From assembly GCA_001940655.1 (NCBI GenBank), contig MBAA01000065.1, positions 6,144 to 12,454 on the forward strand: a DNA stretch of 6,311 bases, read 5' to 3'. The position numbers and the translations under genes were made by a program. Origin of the DNA: Promethearchaeota archaeon CR_4. GTDB lineage: Archaea > Asgardarchaeota > Lokiarchaeia > Sigyniarchaeales > CR-4. This document shows, piece by piece, positions 5,151-6,311 of the stretch (positions are counted from its first letter, which is position 1; every line of letters begins with the position of its first letter). The notes beneath the pieces are model-generated. The model did not search any database. It was not told the origin of the DNA and was given only the letters and a program-made list of their open reading frames with translations.

Positions 5151-6311
5151 TTAAACCAGGGGGAGGTTGATAGTCACCGTTGACCCTTGGTCGAGACCTG
5201 GGGATGCGATACGAATAGATCCCCCATGCATCTCAACTATCCCTTTCGATAAGAACAGTCCGACCCCCGTGGATGGTACGTTTGTTCCGTGCTTAGAATT
5301 ACTCCCAGAGGAGAAAGGACGCCATATATTCTTGAGGTCTTCGGGAGAAAATCCCGCCCCGTGGTCCTGGAAGGAAATCGATGTGGAGTGTACTGTGTTC
5401 TCAGAGGTTATTTCTATTGTGGAACCCGCGGGAGAAAATTTAATCGCGTTGAATAGGATATTGATGAAGACTTGTTCGATTCGTATTTTGTCACAATTAA
5501 TTTCTATGTCCCGTATTTGGTTGTGGATGGAAATTTGACAATTATTTGCATAATAGGTAACGATTTTGATAGCATTGAGGATCAGGTTCTGAAGATGGGT
5601 ATGCTCTTTTTTGAGGACGAGTCTCCCGCCCTCGATCCGCCCGACATCCAAAAACTCCTCTACGATTCGGTTTAGTCGCAGGGTCGAGTTAATTATGCCA
5701 TCAATTTCAGTTTGTCCGACCAATTTACGCAGATCTTTTCCCTCGGTAAAACCTGATTTGAGCAATTCAGCCCACCCGAGGATATGAATTAATGGCGTTT
5801 TTAGCTCATGCGTAGCATACGTTATCATATTGCTTTTAAGTTTTGAAATGTCTGACGCATCCACGTACAATTTCGTGAGCGTGTCCACGTAAGAATTGAA
5901 AAGGGAAAACGTCATTAAAATAATCAGGGCGACATAACCATATTCAGCGAGGTAAATACTCGTGTAAACGCCTGACACAACGAGTATGTCATTTATCCCG
6001 CAGGAAATATAGATTAGGAATGCTACGAGGAATAGACGAGCTTCTTTCCGGTGTTGTCGATAATATCGGAGAATAAAATAGAGAAAATACATCCCTATGA
6101 CTAAATAAACAATGTTTAGAACACTCGATAAAAAACCCCCTTTTACTTCAAAATACGTCAGGTTTAGGTTCGGGGCCAGGGAAATTACCTTAATATTTGG
6201 AGAATTCACTTGAAGACTCCAATCCATTGGTGCTAAGGCAGAGAGAAAGAAGAATGTGAATAAGACGATCGTTAGGGTAAGCACAATTCGTTTTCGGGAG
6301 GCGGAGTTGTA
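5151..6311 (-). CDS. Membrane-bound sensor histidine kinase (multi-TM sensor, DHp/HisKA, HATPase_c). The 5' end possibly lies beyond the right window edge.
   Basis: The H-box is ITYATHELKTPL, the N-box ILFNAIKFSP, the G1 box FQDHGAGF, the F-box-like segment IWRPF and the G2 box GVGLFLSKGIVEMHGG. Four hydrophobic helices precede the DHp with no PAS or HAMP between them. The track start at 6284 is a GTG. The frame stays open upstream to 6311 (..YNSASRKRI-VLTLTIVLF), and the RKR before the first helix looks like a genuine n-region. Confidence 0.88.
   Translation of the reverse strand, partial: YNSASRKRIVLTLTIVLFTFFFLSALAPMDWSLQVNSPNIKVISLAPNLNLTYFEVKGGFLSSVLNIVYLVIGMYFLYFILRYYRQHRKEARLFLVAFLIYISCGINDILVVSGVYTSIYLAEYGYVALIILMTFSLFNSYVDTLTKLYVDASDISKLKSNMITYATHELKTPLIHILGWAELLKSGFTEGKDLRKLVGQTEIDGIINSTLRLNRIVEEFLDVGRIEGGRLVLKKEHTHLQNLILNAIKIVTYYANNCQISIHNQIRDIEINCDKIRIEQVFINILFNAIKFSPAGSTIEITSENTVHSTSISFQDHGAGFSPEDLKNIWRPFSSGSNSKHGTNVPSTGVGLFLSKGIVEMHGGSIRIASPGLDQGSTVTINLPLV

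Noticed and set aside
5167-5675. ORFs 5167..5538 (+) and 5472..5675 (+)
   Set aside because: Both are antisense to the histidine kinase CDS, which has every catalytic box intact.
1-6311. CRISPR arrays, transposase or IS ends, integrase or other mobile-element signatures
   Set aside because: No spaced direct repeats, terminal inverted repeats or recombinase-like ORFs were seen on either strand.

Overview
The window is probably archaeal, which I infer from TATA-like boxes, oligo-T terminators and stand-alone RAM-domain genes. GC content is moderate, and it has long non-coding gaps. Reading left to right: (1) The 5' part of a minus-strand multi-TM membrane protein gene runs off the left edge (1..384). 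(2) A minus-strand gene encodes a membrane-anchored protein with a winged-helix-like C-terminal domain (611..1120). (3) An isolated 5S rRNA locus lies on the minus strand (about 1352..1500), with no 16S or 23S nearby. Hand folding suggests its segments are in circularly permuted order. (4) A plus-strand gene encodes a small membrane or secreted protein (1817..2269). (5) A decayed minus-strand secreted-protein gene remnant lies at about 2315..2639. (6) A roughly 570 nt gap (2640..3207) has no convincing gene and contains a 22-nt homopurine tract. (7) A tight plus-strand three-gene operon (3208..5147) encodes a stand-alone RAM (Lrp/AsnC ligand-binding) domain protein, a 10-TM DMT/EamA-like transporter with a third RAM domain fused to its C-terminus, and a second stand-alone RAM protein. 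(8) A convergent membrane-bound histidine kinase (5151 to the window edge) ends 3 nt from the operon, and no response regulator is visible. The two items most worth follow-up are the permuted-looking 5S rRNA and the RAM / DMT-RAM / RAM module. The module looks like an amino-acid-gated transporter that bypasses transcriptional Lrp control. All folding and homology statements come from reading the sequence by eye. No database or covariance-model search was possible.
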